A DNA stretch of 64,000 nucleotides, taken from a virus (lineage: Duplodnaviria > Heunggongvirae > Uroviricota > Caudoviricetes). Positions 9,599 through 18,594 of this stretch are shown here, in pieces. The notes beneath the pieces were generated by a model that worked only from the letters and a program-made list of their open reading frames with translations, did not search any database and was not told where the DNA came from. The stretch lies in IMG/VR virus record IMGVR_UViG_3300035682_000015. One strand, written 5' to 3'. The position numbers and the translations under genes are program-made. Within the stretch, counting starts at the first letter, position 1, and each line of letters starts with the position of its first letter.

Positions 9599-9967
9599 AT
9601 GGAAATTAAAATTAGTCAGGAACGTTTAAAATATTTTGAAGATTTCATTTTTAATAGTTTTTATATTGATAATGAAGATTTATCTAAATGTTTTCACCCT
9701 CAAATGGGTTATATTAAATTTTTAACTCCTGGAACAAGACGAGATTTAATTGCTCAATATGATAAACAGTATAATTATATTACAGTATTTGATGATAAAT
9801 TATATGAATTAGTTAATCGTTGGGTTGGTTCTCGTACCATTTATGATTTAATTAAAGAAGATTTAATTAGGAGAGTTTTTAAGGTATATACCGAAAAATA
9901 TAAAGGAATATATAAAAAAGAACCAAAGGAGGTTAAGTTTGTTGATAAAGATTTTAATAAAGTTTAA
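9599..9967 (+). CDS. hypothetical protein
   Basis: 122 aa ATG ORF after terminator/ATATTTATA motif. Confidence 0.5.
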   Translation: MEIKISQERLKYFEDFIFNSFYIDNEDLSKCFHPQMGYIKFLTPGTRRDLIAQYDKQYNYITVFDDKLYELVNRWVGSRTIYDLIKEDLIRRVFKVYTEKYKGIYKKEPKEVKFVDKDFNKV

Positions 9968-9985
9968 TAATAAATGAAAAAAAAA

Positions 9986-10012
9986 TGAAGAAGTGTTTGG
10001 CACTTCTTTTTT
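9986..10012 (+). terminator. intrinsic terminator
   Basis: GAAGTG-loop-CACTTC + T-run, followed by TATATTTG-N4-ATG. Confidence 0.55.
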
Positions 10013-10030
10013 TATGCCTATATTTGTGCT

Positions 10031-10552
10031 ATGGAAATGGACTTTACAAAATACTCGGTAGAAGAATTAAGAGAACTTCAAAACAAGATTGGTTATTATT
10101 TACAAACTCGTAATGATGATTTTGTTTATATCTGTGAGATTAGGTCGTATGGTAAAAATTGGGTGAATAAATACACCAATGAACTTGCTGTGAATGATTT
10201 GTGTGCTGATTACGATGGTTATGATGGTATCGTGGATGTATATACAACCAATCCGGATGCAGATATTAATAACTACGGTGAGGTTAATTACATCAAATCG
10301 GATGAACAATACCGTAAGTGGAAAGATAGTGAGAAATTAATATCTTCAATAAAAAGTGCTGAGGAGAGGTTGGCAAAATGGAAAGATAGAGATAACATTC
10401 CATTCCATTCAAGACCAACCTTTGCTCCGATGTGGACAGAACAAGATATTCTTGGGTGGAGAAATGAATTAGAAACCATTGGTGAGTATGAAAAACCTAC
10501 ATCAATTAAAAAAAGTGAAGAGTATGAAGAATCTGACTATGAAGGAGATTAA
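10031..10552 (+). CDS. hypothetical acidic protein
   Basis: 173 aa. Confidence 0.5.
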   Translation: MEMDFTKYSVEELRELQNKIGYYLQTRNDDFVYICEIRSYGKNWVNKYTNELAVNDLCADYDGYDGIVDVYTTNPDADINNYGEVNYIKSDEQYRKWKDSEKLISSIKSAEERLAKWKDRDNIPFHSRPTFAPMWTEQDILGWRNELETIGEYEKPTSIKKSEEYEESDYEGD

Positions 10553-10886
10553 CAAGAAATATGTTAATCGTATTATTGAGTCATTAGAGAATGACAAAGA
10601 ACTTTGGACAAGAGAAGTTATGTGCGGGATGGATGGATGTTTTGTCGATTATTATAGTCCAAAATATCCAACAAAAAATGGGGAAACTTTATCATTTTCT
10701 GATAGGGACTACGTTAGTGCTTATATTGATGGTAAATTTGCGTGGGAAATTCCATTTTGGATGTATCACAATCCATTTAGTGATTCGTCAAGACAATTAA
10801 GAAGAGCAATGGATACGATGAGAGTATATCTTAATGATAAAGATGACCAAGAACATAAAAATAAATTAACAGATTCAATTGAATAA
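10539..10886 (+). CDS. hypothetical protein
   Basis: ATG MKEINKK in frame with ORF 10479; 14-nt overlap. Confidence 0.45.
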   Translation: MKEINKKYVNRIIESLENDKELWTREVMCGMDGCFVDYYSPKYPTKNGETLSFSDRDYVSAYIDGKFAWEIPFWMYHNPFSDSSRQLRRAMDTMRVYLNDKDDQEHKNKLTDSIE

Positions 10887-10887
10887 T

Positions 10888-11634
10888 ATGAAAAAAATTA
10901 AACTTATAAAGTTGTACCCGGGGAGTCCTAATAATTTAGGTATTACATTAACACCTAAAGTGGATATAGATAATAATGATGCCAATAACTTCTATTGGGA
11001 AGGGAGTTGGTTTAATCCAAATCATTATCCTGAATTTTGGGAAGAAGTTGTTGAATTGAATTACGAAATAGTTGCTATGAAAACTCTTATGGGTACTGTT
11101 TTAGAATATGAAGATGGTGTTTGTGTTAAGAGGTCAGATACTAATTGTCCAAGTACAACAAATATATTACAGGTCACTCTCCGTGGAAATAAAAGTACTA
11201 TTTACTCAGTTAAACGTCTATCAGATGGTGAGGTATTCACAATAACCAATAAGGTTCAATTTATGGATACAAAAAGTGTTAACGGGTTTATCACTAAGTT
11301 TGAAATTGTTAATGATAGAATACTTGTTAGTTATGGTAATCAAACATCTAATTTAGATTCACTTGTTTTAGTAAAATTAGTAACATTCAAAACTGAAGAT
11401 GGTGTTGATGTGTTTGAGGGGGGTAAAGTGTGGTATGTTAGAAAAGATTTGACATATAACAATTCTTTTATTGTTAGTAATAATTGTTTTGTTGCTGGTG
11501 AGAATTTATATTTCTCAAAAAAAGAATTGATGAAAAATTATATTAGATTAAATACTCGTTGTTTAAGTTTAAATGATGTTTTGCGTAATACTTTAAATGA
11601 GTTAGATAGAATATCGTATAAAAGAGTGAAATAA
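10888..11634 (+). CDS. hypothetical protein
   Basis: ATG MKKIKLIK; ORF-track start 10879 is TTG. Confidence 0.55.
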   Translation: MKKIKLIKLYPGSPNNLGITLTPKVDIDNNDANNFYWEGSWFNPNHYPEFWEEVVELNYEIVAMKTLMGTVLEYEDGVCVKRSDTNCPSTTNILQVTLRGNKSTIYSVKRLSDGEVFTITNKVQFMDTKSVNGFITKFEIVNDRILVSYGNQTSNLDSLVLVKLVTFKTEDGVDVFEGGKVWYVRKDLTYNNSFIVSNNCFVAGENLYFSKKELMKNYIRLNTRCLSLNDVLRNTLNELDRISYKRVK

Positions 11635-11635
11635 T

Positions 11636-11836
11636 ATGTGGGTGGAAACTAAAATAGTGATGGATGGTGGTTACCAAGAGGCAATCATCTCACAAAATGA
11701 GACACAAAACGCGATTGTCTTAAAAATCGTTGAGGTGGAAGAGCCGGGTTCGGCAAGATTGTATATGTCTTACGATGAGGCGTTACGATTAGCAAATGAG
11801 TTAATAGATTTTGTAAGTAAAAATAGAAATAAATAA
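11636..11836 (+). CDS. hypothetical small protein
   Basis: 66 aa. Confidence 0.45.
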   Translation: MWVETKIVMDGGYQEAIISQNETQNAIVLKIVEVEEPGSARLYMSYDEALRLANELIDFVSKNRNK

Positions 11837-12156
11837 TGAAAGAAGAAATTAAAAGAATTGGGAGATTACCCAATAGTGTGAAGTTTTGGAATGGGTTGGT
11901 GTTAGTTGGTTTAATCGTTACCGGAGTATTAAGTTTAGATATTCTTTCGGTTGTGTTGGCAATAATATCGATTGCTGCTTTAGCGATGTTTATTGATGGT
12001 ATGGGTAGAGAAACTGATGATTATTTGGATAATCATATATGGATATATTTTGCACCATTAACTTGGGGTTTATATATCCTCGCTTTGATTGTTATTGGTT
12101 GTTATAAACTTTATGAGGGAACAATAGTTAAGTTTAATAATTGGTTAAATAAATAA
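11836..12156 (+). CDS. membrane protein
   Basis: TAATG coupling; three TM helices. Confidence 0.5.
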   Translation: MKEEIKRIGRLPNSVKFWNGLVLVGLIVTGVLSLDILSVVLAIISIAALAMFIDGMGRETDDYLDNHIWIYFAPLTWGLYILALIVIGCYKLYEGTIVKFNNWLNK

Positions 12157-12159
12157 GGT

Positions 12160-12495
12160 ATGGAAAAGAAATTAGGAAAAATTGAAGAAGTTCGTTTTGG
12201 TCTTGGTGGATATCAAGGTGCGATGTTAGGACTTCACGTTACATTAGGTAACGGAAGTTGGGGTGTTGGTGATTCAAAATGTAATTGGGACGCTGAACAA
12301 ATAATTTGGACCGAAAATACCCAATGGACTGAAGAAGATAGAGACGGATGGTATTCTGGGATTATGAGATATGTTTCAAAGTTACTATCAGAAGCCAAAG
12401 TGGATTCTGTTGATAAATTAAAAGGAAAACCTGTTGAGGTTACTTTTGATGGGAATCAGTTGAAGAGTTGGAGAATACTAACTGAAGTACTATAA
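12160..12495 (+). CDS. hypothetical protein
   Basis: 111 aa, followed by terminator. Confidence 0.5.
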   Translation: MEKKLGKIEEVRFGLGGYQGAMLGLHVTLGNGSWGVGDSKCNWDAEQIIWTENTQWTEEDRDGWYSGIMRYVSKLLSEAKVDSVDKLKGKPVEVTFDGNQLKSWRILTEVL

Positions 12496-12499
12496 AATA

Positions 12500-12528
12500 A
12501 ACCCCCATTCAACGTGGGGGTTTTTAAT
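12500..12528 (+). terminator. intrinsic terminator
   Basis: CCCCCA-loop-TGGGGG + T-run. Confidence 0.7.
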
Positions 12529-12547
12529 TTGTAAGATATTTATAATT

Positions 12548-12745
12548 ATGAAGTTAATAATTACAGAGTCACAATATAAAACCATCAACGAGATGATTAA
12601 TCTTGATATTAAAGTTGGGGACACCATTATGGGTGGAAAGTTTAAGAATAAAAAGGTTGTTGTGAAGACAATCGGTAAGAATGAAAAGGGTGATATTACT
12701 ATAAATGGTAAGCCGTTGTTACGTTTTAGAATTATAGAAAAATGA
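12548..12745 (+). CDS. MKIIITESQ-leader family protein
   Basis: N-terminus MKLIITESQYKTINEM. Confidence 0.5.
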   Translation: MKLIITESQYKTINEMINLDIKVGDTIMGGKFKNKKVVVKTIGKNEKGDITINGKPLLRFRIIEK

Positions 12746-13071
12746 GAATAATAATTAAAGAAAATAAAAGAGATAAAATAGCCAAGAAGATATTAACTGA
12801 TGAGTTCTCCGGTATGTATGAAGATGTTAATTATATAACAGATTCAAGGGGGGAACACAAAGCAATTGAATATCGTAATGGTAATGGTGTTATTATGATT
12901 TATGGTGATAGAAATGAATCTTTATATATTTGTGAAGATATTACAAATCCCCTTAGAGTATTAACATATACGCCACAACAACTTAAAAATGTTATTGGTG
13001 AATGGTTCTCAGAGTTTTTTGAGTTACCCGTTGAAAATGTTCATCACGTAAATAAAGAGAAATTAAACTAA
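12742..13071 (+). CDS. hypothetical protein
   Basis: ATGA overlap; MRIIIKENKRDKIAKKIL. Confidence 0.5.
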   Translation: MRIIIKENKRDKIAKKILTDEFSGMYEDVNYITDSRGEHKAIEYRNGNGVIMIYGDRNESLYICEDITNPLRVLTYTPQQLKNVIGEWFSEFFELPVENVHHVNKEKLN

Positions 13072-13072
13072 T

Positions 13073-13390
13073 ATGAAAATTTTAATAACAGAAAGTAAAT
13101 TAGAGAGAGTTGCCATTAATTGGTTGAACGATAACTATGGTAATTTGGAACCATATGAAACTAAAGAGTTTCCTGGGTTAATTCTTTACTTAGAAGGTAG
13201 AACAGTAATTATTGAATATAATAAAAAAAATAAAGATGTTTATGTGAATTATGAAAAGATTTGGAAGTTTTTTAAATCCTATTTTAGTTTGGAAAATGAA
13301 CAAATTCAACATTTAATAAAGATGTGGATAGAGGAGAATTACAAATTAAAAGTAAAATCTGCGTCTTATAATAATGTGTATTTACCATAA
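13073..13390 (+). CDS. family-C paralog (MKIxITESK...WLxxNYG...YNKKNG)
   Basis: Paralogous to 20176, 20554 and 49405 genes. Confidence 0.55.
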   Translation: MKILITESKLERVAINWLNDNYGNLEPYETKEFPGLILYLEGRTVIIEYNKKNKDVYVNYEKIWKFFKSYFSLENEQIQHLIKMWIEENYKLKVKSASYNNVYLP

Positions 13391-13391
13391 T

Positions 13392-13790
13392 ATGATAGAG
13401 TTAATAAAAAGAGTATTAAGAGAAGAAATAGAGACCAAGACAAAAGTTTTGGTCTATATCTATTTTTGTGACTACAAAGATGAGAACTTTAGGGAGTATG
13501 TTGATAGATTTAGAAATATGGATATTGATTTTTGGGTTAAACCGAGCAAAGGGCATCACAAAGGGTTCTCCATTCAATCTATATTAGATACTGATGATAT
13601 GTATGAGGCCAAACACATTTCAAGGGACATTTCCCGTGAATTTGATGATGATATATTAATTGTGTTATCAAAACAAAGAGTAACCAATATAGAACCTGTG
13701 GGTGAGAATAATGAAGATGTGTTTGTTAAACCCGGAAGAAAGTTTGATGAGTTGGTTTATAAAGGTAAGAAAGGGATTTATGTAATATGA
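13392..13790 (+). CDS. hypothetical protein
   Basis: Start at MIELIKRVLREE after upstream stop. Confidence 0.5.
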   Translation: MIELIKRVLREEIETKTKVLVYIYFCDYKDENFREYVDRFRNMDIDFWVKPSKGHHKGFSIQSILDTDDMYEAKHISRDISREFDDDILIVLSKQRVTNIEPVGENNEDVFVKPGRKFDELVYKGKKGIYVI

Positions 13791-14368
13791 AAGATTTAAT
13801 TAAAAAGATATTGAGAGAGGAAGTTCAGAAGAGATTTACAAAATCTAATCAAACTTTTGAAAAAATTATTATTAGACATATGGAGAATTTAATCTCTAAT
13901 ACAACAAGAGTTGTTGTGCCACCGGAAGATAATTATGGTAATTATGGGGAAGAATGGTGTAAAGATGGTAAAGCTGTTATTGATGTTAGATATAATTTTT
14001 TTGGTGAAGAAAAATTTGGTTCAGGTAGTTTATTTATTGCGGAAGATGAGGTTAATTTCTTATTCAAAATGTTACGGGTTAGAAAGTCTTATATTCTTAA
14101 TGTAATAACGGAATGGTATGATGATAAATATGCAACAAAGTTTGGACAAGAAACCAATCATCCGGAGTTTGAGATTGATAAAACAATTGAAACAGACAGT
14201 CCTCGTAAATGTTATCAGATGGTTAATACTGATAATTTGAGTAGAGATATGATGATTGATTATATTGATACTCAAACTTCATATAGTACTGAGGAAATAG
14301 AAGAAATGAATGATGAGGAATTAATAAAAACATACATAAGAGTTTATAATATCCAATTAAATAAGTAA
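13787..14368 (+). CDS. hypothetical protein
   Basis: ATGA overlap; MKDLIKKILREE leader. Confidence 0.5.
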   Translation: MKDLIKKILREEVQKRFTKSNQTFEKIIIRHMENLISNTTRVVVPPEDNYGNYGEEWCKDGKAVIDVRYNFFGEEKFGSGSLFIAEDEVNFLFKMLRVRKSYILNVITEWYDDKYATKFGQETNHPEFEIDKTIETDSPRKCYQMVNTDNLSRDMMIDYIDTQTSYSTEEIEEMNDEELIKTYIRVYNIQLNK

Positions 14369-14436
14369 TGAAATATATTACCAATCACCACAAGATAAAC
14401 CCCAATATACTAGGTTTATCCTACCACAAAAGGTAA

Positions 14437-14733
14437 TTACGACATATTCTTCAACACAGCTTCCAACATGGAGATAGATATCTTATCTTGTTTGGATTTC
14501 ACAGATTTTTTATTAAGATATTCCAACGACTCAATCATCTCTTGTTTCTTATCCATAGGTTTAAAAGGTGAGTTTGGAACGTTGATAGGTTGTTTAACAA
14601 CTTCCATAGGTTTATCCTTATAGATGATAGTGGTGGATTCACCAATCATTGCCATAATATCCTGAGCAGTTTTCTCCACTATAGATTTAACTAATTTCTT
14701 ATATTCCTTCTTGGTTAATTTTATTTTTTTCAT
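14437..14733 (-). CDS. hypothetical protein
   Basis: Real ATG at 14733 (MKKIKLTKKEYKK); track start 14763 is TTG. Confidence 0.5.
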   Translation of the reverse strand: MKKIKLTKKEYKKLVKSIVEKTAQDIMAMIGESTTIIYKDKPMEVVKQPINVPNSPFKPMDKKQEMIESLEYLNKKSVKSKQDKISISMLEAVLKNMS

Positions 14734-14734
14734 A

Positions 14735-14899
14735 TTATTTAAACATTGGTGTAAAGTATTCAATTAGATATTTTGCGTAATTAGTTAAAAACTCATTACC
14801 ATCAAAGATGAATGTTTCTTTAGAATTATTCACAGCGTTTTGATATTCGTTTTTTAATCTTGAGAATGTTGGTAAATCAACTGACATAGTATTTGACAT
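14735..14899 (-). CDS. hypothetical small protein
   Basis: 54 aa, 1 nt upstream of next gene; rc TATCTTTG at 14923-14930. Confidence 0.35.
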   Translation of the reverse strand: MSNTMSVDLPTFSRLKNEYQNAVNNSKETFIFDGNEFLTNYAKYLIEYFTPMFK

Positions 14900-14997
14900 A
14901 ACGGTTTATTTTAATTAGAGTACAAAGATACACTAATATTTTAACTTACCAAATTATTTGACAAAATAATTCATTATGTCTATTATTGTGAGGTAAA

Positions 14998-15573
14998 ATG
15001 ATTGATATGAAATTAAACGAACAATTAACAAAAATTAAATCAATGATGGGAATCAATGAAAACAAACAATCTTATCCATACTCTTGTGCTATGTTATACT
15101 TTAACCCGGATTCGGTTACAGAACTACATAGTAAAATAAACCCGGAGGACCTATACACAGAAGAAGATGGGTTTGGTTTAGAACCGGAATCACACTGTAC
15201 GTTACTATACGGATTACACGATAATGAGGTTGATATTGAAGATATTATTAACGTAATAAACAAATACTCTTACACAAATTGTAAGGCACATAACCTATCT
15301 TGTTTTAACAATCCAAAGTATGATGTGTTAAAATATGATATAATGGGGGATAATCTAAGTGAAACTAATGAGGAGTTAAAACAATTCCCATTCACAAGTG
15401 ATTACCCGGACTATCACGCCCATATGACCGTGGCATATCTTAAACCGGGTAAAGGTAATCATTATATTAATATGTTGGGTGATGAATACAAAGAAATGGT
15501 AATGACACCTCAACACGCTGTGTATTCAAGAACTGATGGTACCAAACACAAAATACCGGTTAGGTTTACATAA
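14998..15573 (+). CDS. 2H phosphoesterase superfamily protein (LigT/Acb1-like)
   Basis: Two H-x-T-x motifs 76 aa apart: HCTLLYGL (aa 66) and HMTVAYL (aa 142), matching HxTLxFxG / HxT[LV]A of LigT-type 2H enzymes. Confidence 0.55.
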   Translation: MIDMKLNEQLTKIKSMMGINENKQSYPYSCAMLYFNPDSVTELHSKINPEDLYTEEDGFGLEPESHCTLLYGLHDNEVDIEDIINVINKYSYTNCKAHNLSCFNNPKYDVLKYDIMGDNLSETNEELKQFPFTSDYPDYHAHMTVAYLKPGKGNHYINMLGDEYKEMVMTPQHAVYSRTDGTKHKIPVRFT

Positions 15574-15646
15574 CAATCTAACTCAGATTTACAATTCGGG
15601 TAATACCTGAGGAGTAGGAGTGACGGTCAGGAAAGACTGACAACTT

Positions 15647-15799
15647 GGTCAAGTGGCGAAAATGGTAGACGATAAGCACAGTGCGTGTGTGAGAGTTGTG
15701 ATGTAAGCTGGGGTGTACAACCCGGAGATTCCAATTATGGATTCAGTGGCGAACGCAAATAGCCATTAACTCGTACAGGTTCGAATCCTGTCTTGACCA
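15647..15799 (+). tRNA. tRNA gene with ~65-nt insertion (candidate intron); type-II (Leu-like) D-arm; anticodon unassigned
   Basis: Perfect 7-bp acceptor stem GGTCAAG/CTTGACC. T-arm ACAGG-TTCGAAT-CCTGT. D-loop GGCGAAAATGGTAGACG. Discriminator A. 153 nt total. Confidence 0.55.
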
Positions 15800-15839
15800 C
15801 AAATATATAAAAAAAGTTTGGATATATAAAAAATAGTAT

Positions 15840-15847
15840 TATCTTTG
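15840..15847 (+). promoter_or_regulatory. -7 promoter element TATCTTTG (copy 1 of duplicated 47-nt promoter unit)
   Basis: Identical unit at 16246-16292. Confidence 0.5.
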
Positions 15848-15874
15848 TGCTCAATATTAATTAAAAAAAAGACT

Positions 15875-16252
15875 ATGACAAAAACTCAGGAATATTTGAA
15901 AAACAAAAAAATACAAGAAATGGGTTTACCTAAATTGTATGTTGTTAAATCTTCCCCTGATGGGGTTGAAAAACCTATTGAGAGACAGGTTGTTGAAATC
16001 GAAGAAAATGTTGCGTTTAGAGGTAAAGAAAGATTACCGATTGACCGATACAAAGTTGAAAATGGTTATCCTTATGAAATAGATTTTCTTAGAGGTGAAA
16101 ACACTACAAAAGAAGATGGATACGGTTCAGGGATAGGTGATTTATGGGGTTGGTCGTATTTTTCAACCTTTTTAGAAGAAGAGGCTAAGATGTATTACAA
16201 CTTAGAGTTAAGTAGAGTTCAAAAAAAATATAATAAAAGTTTAACTATATAA
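15875..16252 (+). CDS. hypothetical protein
   Basis: ATG MTKTQEY; track start is TTG inside promoter. Confidence 0.5.
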   Translation: MTKTQEYLKNKKIQEMGLPKLYVVKSSPDGVEKPIERQVVEIEENVAFRGKERLPIDRYKVENGYPYEIDFLRGENTTKEDGYGSGIGDLWGWSYFSTFLEEEAKMYYNLELSRVQKKYNKSLTI

Positions 16253-16262
16253 AAAATAGTAT

Positions 16263-16270
16263 TATCTTTG
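16263..16270 (+). promoter_or_regulatory. -7 promoter element TATCTTTG (copy 2)
   Basis: Duplicate of 15823-15870. Confidence 0.5.
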
Positions 16271-16299
16271 TGCTCAATATTAATTAAAAAAAGAAAATT

Positions 16300-16815
16300 A
16301 TGATTTCAGAAGGTCAGTTTTTAGTGGGTTTGTTGATTGTGTTGACATTTGGTTTAACGTTTTTATTTAGAAAACTTGATAGTGATGGGGGTGTTCCTTG
16401 GTTATTATCGTCACTATTATCATTTTTTGCGTCGTGTCTATTGATTATTATAATCTTTTTCACAGTTAGATGGATAGATTCAAATGAAACTGAGTATTAC
16501 TCACGAAGAGCTAACATCACATCAATAAAGAATAATGATGAGGTTGGTGGCCATTTTATGTTGGGTTGTGGTAATATTGAACAAACGGAGTATTACTATT
16601 ACTATTACAAATCAGTAGATGGTTATGTGAGAGGTAAAAAACCGGTTAATAACACCTTCATTGTTGAGGATAGTTCAGTTAGACCACACGTTGAGGTTAA
16701 TATGACACATTTTGAATCAAAATCGGGGTTATTCACATATCACGATGAGGAAAATGAGAAATACAAAATAGTGGTACCAAAAGGTACTGTTGTTAATAAA
16801 TTTGAGGTATATTAA
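16300..16815 (+). CDS. membrane-anchored hypothetical protein
   Basis: N-terminal TM helices; C-terminus VVNKFEVY recurs as remnants downstream. Confidence 0.5.
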   Translation: MISEGQFLVGLLIVLTFGLTFLFRKLDSDGGVPWLLSSLLSFFASCLLIIIIFFTVRWIDSNETEYYSRRANITSIKNNDEVGGHFMLGCGNIEQTEYYYYYYKSVDGYVRGKKPVNNTFIVEDSSVRPHVEVNMTHFESKSGLFTYHDEENEKYKIVVPKGTVVNKFEVY

Positions 16816-16963
16816 TTATGATAGAAGATAAGATTGAAACATTTAAAAACAAATAACATGAAACAAACAAATATTGAACCACAATTAATTCCCTTAAAAG
16901 ATTTGATAAAAGAGTGGAAAAAAATAAAAGAATGGTTTAGTAAATTTAAAAAGAAATAAAGAT

Positions 16964-17410
16964 ATGAAACAAACAAAATTTGATATAGTTAAAGATGAAA
17001 AAGAAATAATAGATATTTTTAAATGGATTTCAAACAATAAATATGATGGTGAATATCCTAATTTTCAATTGCAAGGAACTTCTGAAAATATTAAATTACA
17101 TTTTCAAACATTTTTTGGTGAAAAAGAATTTGTAATAGATGATTGGTTAATTGATGGGGTTAAATACATTATGGAAGTTTATGGATATAAGTATAGTACA
17201 AACATAAAACCAATTAGTATTTCATTCAAAATTGATAATCCTAATTATGATGTGATTAATGACTTGATAAATGACTATGAAGGTGTTACTGTAGGTGGTA
17301 AATTACTTAAGAACTCAAATAAAAAAATAGTAAAATGTAAAACTTTTGATAAAATTGAAAAGGTTTTAAACTTAAAAGTTAGTAAATTATCTATTAAAAT
17401 ATCAAAATAA
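16964..17410 (+). CDS. hypothetical protein
   Basis: 148 aa. Confidence 0.5.
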   Translation: MKQTKFDIVKDEKEIIDIFKWISNNKYDGEYPNFQLQGTSENIKLHFQTFFGEKEFVIDDWLIDGVKYIMEVYGYKYSTNIKPISISFKIDNPNYDVINDLINDYEGVTVGGKLLKNSNKKIVKCKTFDKIEKVLNLKVSKLSIKISK

Positions 17411-17445
17411 ATACGCAAAAAAAAACAATTATAAAAAAATAAATT

Positions 17446-17712
17446 ATGAATATATTAGATATTGAAAAATTAAAACAACTTATATCAAGAACTGATATAA
17501 GTGGTAACGATAAGGTAAAATGGCTTACAGACTTTATAGATGGTAGAGAATTTCATCAACAAGAAAGAAGTTATAGTGAGGAAGAAGTATTTAGATTAAC
17601 ATTAGAAGCTTTAGACTTAGGAATGAGAATCAGGCAAGACCAATTAAATGGTTATTCTGAAAAATCTGGTAAAGAATTACATGAAGAATGGTTTGAACAA
17701 TTTAAAAAATAA
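17446..17712 (+). CDS. stand-alone C-module protein (QQERSYSEEE...WFEQFKK)
   Basis: Same module as C-termini of 28226, 29076, 30037 and 31280 genes. Confidence 0.5.
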   Translation: MNILDIEKLKQLISRTDISGNDKVKWLTDFIDGREFHQQERSYSEEEVFRLTLEALDLGMRIRQDQLNGYSEKSGKELHEEWFEQFKK

Positions 17713-17749
17713 AAATTATGGTGGTAAATACAATTGAGGTATATTAATT

Positions 17750-17965
17750 ATGATAGAAGATAAGATTGGGGGTCTAAATGATTCCGAAATTAACTTTCTA
17801 AAAGATTTTGGTACAGACCCTGTGTTAAGAAAGTTTATGACATCTGAAGAAATTAAGGTTTCAAATAAATTAGTTAAGAAAGGATTGATGGAAAAAGGAA
17901 TGTCTGACGATAAAAAGTCAAATGTTGTTTATTATGTTGATTCATTTATATATACAAGATTATGA
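17750..17965 (+). CDS. hypothetical small protein
   Basis: 71 aa. Confidence 0.4.
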   Translation: MIEDKIGGLNDSEINFLKDFGTDPVLRKFMTSEEIKVSNKLVKKGLMEKGMSDDKKSNVVYYVDSFIYTRL

Positions 17966-18054
17966 TAGTAAATACAATTGAATTCCCAACACCAATAGGG
18001 GTAAAATGTAATATGATGCCGTTCTATGGCAATACGAAGGTAGATAAAATTAAA

Positions 18055-18085
18055 CAAAGGAGATGTAACATTCTCCTTTTTTTTA
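18055..18085 (+). terminator. intrinsic terminator
   Basis: AGGAGA-loop-TCTCCT + T8, then TATATTTATATATATG start. Confidence 0.55.
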
Positions 18086-18096
18086 TATTTATATAT

Positions 18097-18594
18097 ATGA
18101 ATTTACAAGAGAATATAATTAGAATACAGGAAATGATGGGGATTATCTCTGAGGCTAAATCTTCATATACTGTATCTCAGATAAAGAAGGGGTTAAATAA
18201 GTCAGAAAACGACAAAGATATAACAATTAATACGAGTATTGATAATGTTATAGATAATATTGACCAATTTGAGTTTGAGATTGGTTCTGTAGAATCATTT
18301 TTAGATGATGAGAACAGTTTCACATCGGATTCGTTGGTGGATAAACTTATATCTTACGTCAAAGATAAGAATTTAAATATTGATATATCTAAATTGATTG
18401 AGTACAACAATTATAGAAAGGAGTACGATAAGAATGATGATAAAGTGTTTGAACTTTTATATAACACACACCCTGATGATGACTATTCAGAGGAGATAGA
18501 TAGGTTACGTGATAGAAATGATGAGTTATATAAGTATTTTGATTTACTAAAACAGGAAACCTTAAAGATTAAACAAGAGATTATTAATTTATAA
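18097..18594 (+). CDS. MNLQENI-leader family protein
   Basis: MNLQENIIRIQEMMGIISE. Confidence 0.5.
   Translation: MNLQENIIRIQEMMGIISEAKSSYTVSQIKKGLNKSENDKDITINTSIDNVIDNIDQFEFEIGSVESFLDDENSFTSDSLVDKLISYVKDKNLNIDISKLIEYNNYRKEYDKNDDKVFELLYNTHPDDDYSEEIDRLRDRNDELYKYFDLLKQETLKIKQEIINL

Noticed and set aside
12548-12600. MKIIITESQ leader as a secretion signal peptide
   Set aside because: It has charged and polar residues with no hydrophobic core and no signal-peptidase site. Genuine signal peptides in this window (8528, 36077, 40566, 47307) look entirely different.
15647-15799. Group I intron inside the tRNA
   Set aside because: The extra sequence is only ~65 nt, far too short for a group I intron core, and no P/Q/R/S-like elements are seen. 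I keep it as an unexplained insertion or small intron rather than calling a group I intron.
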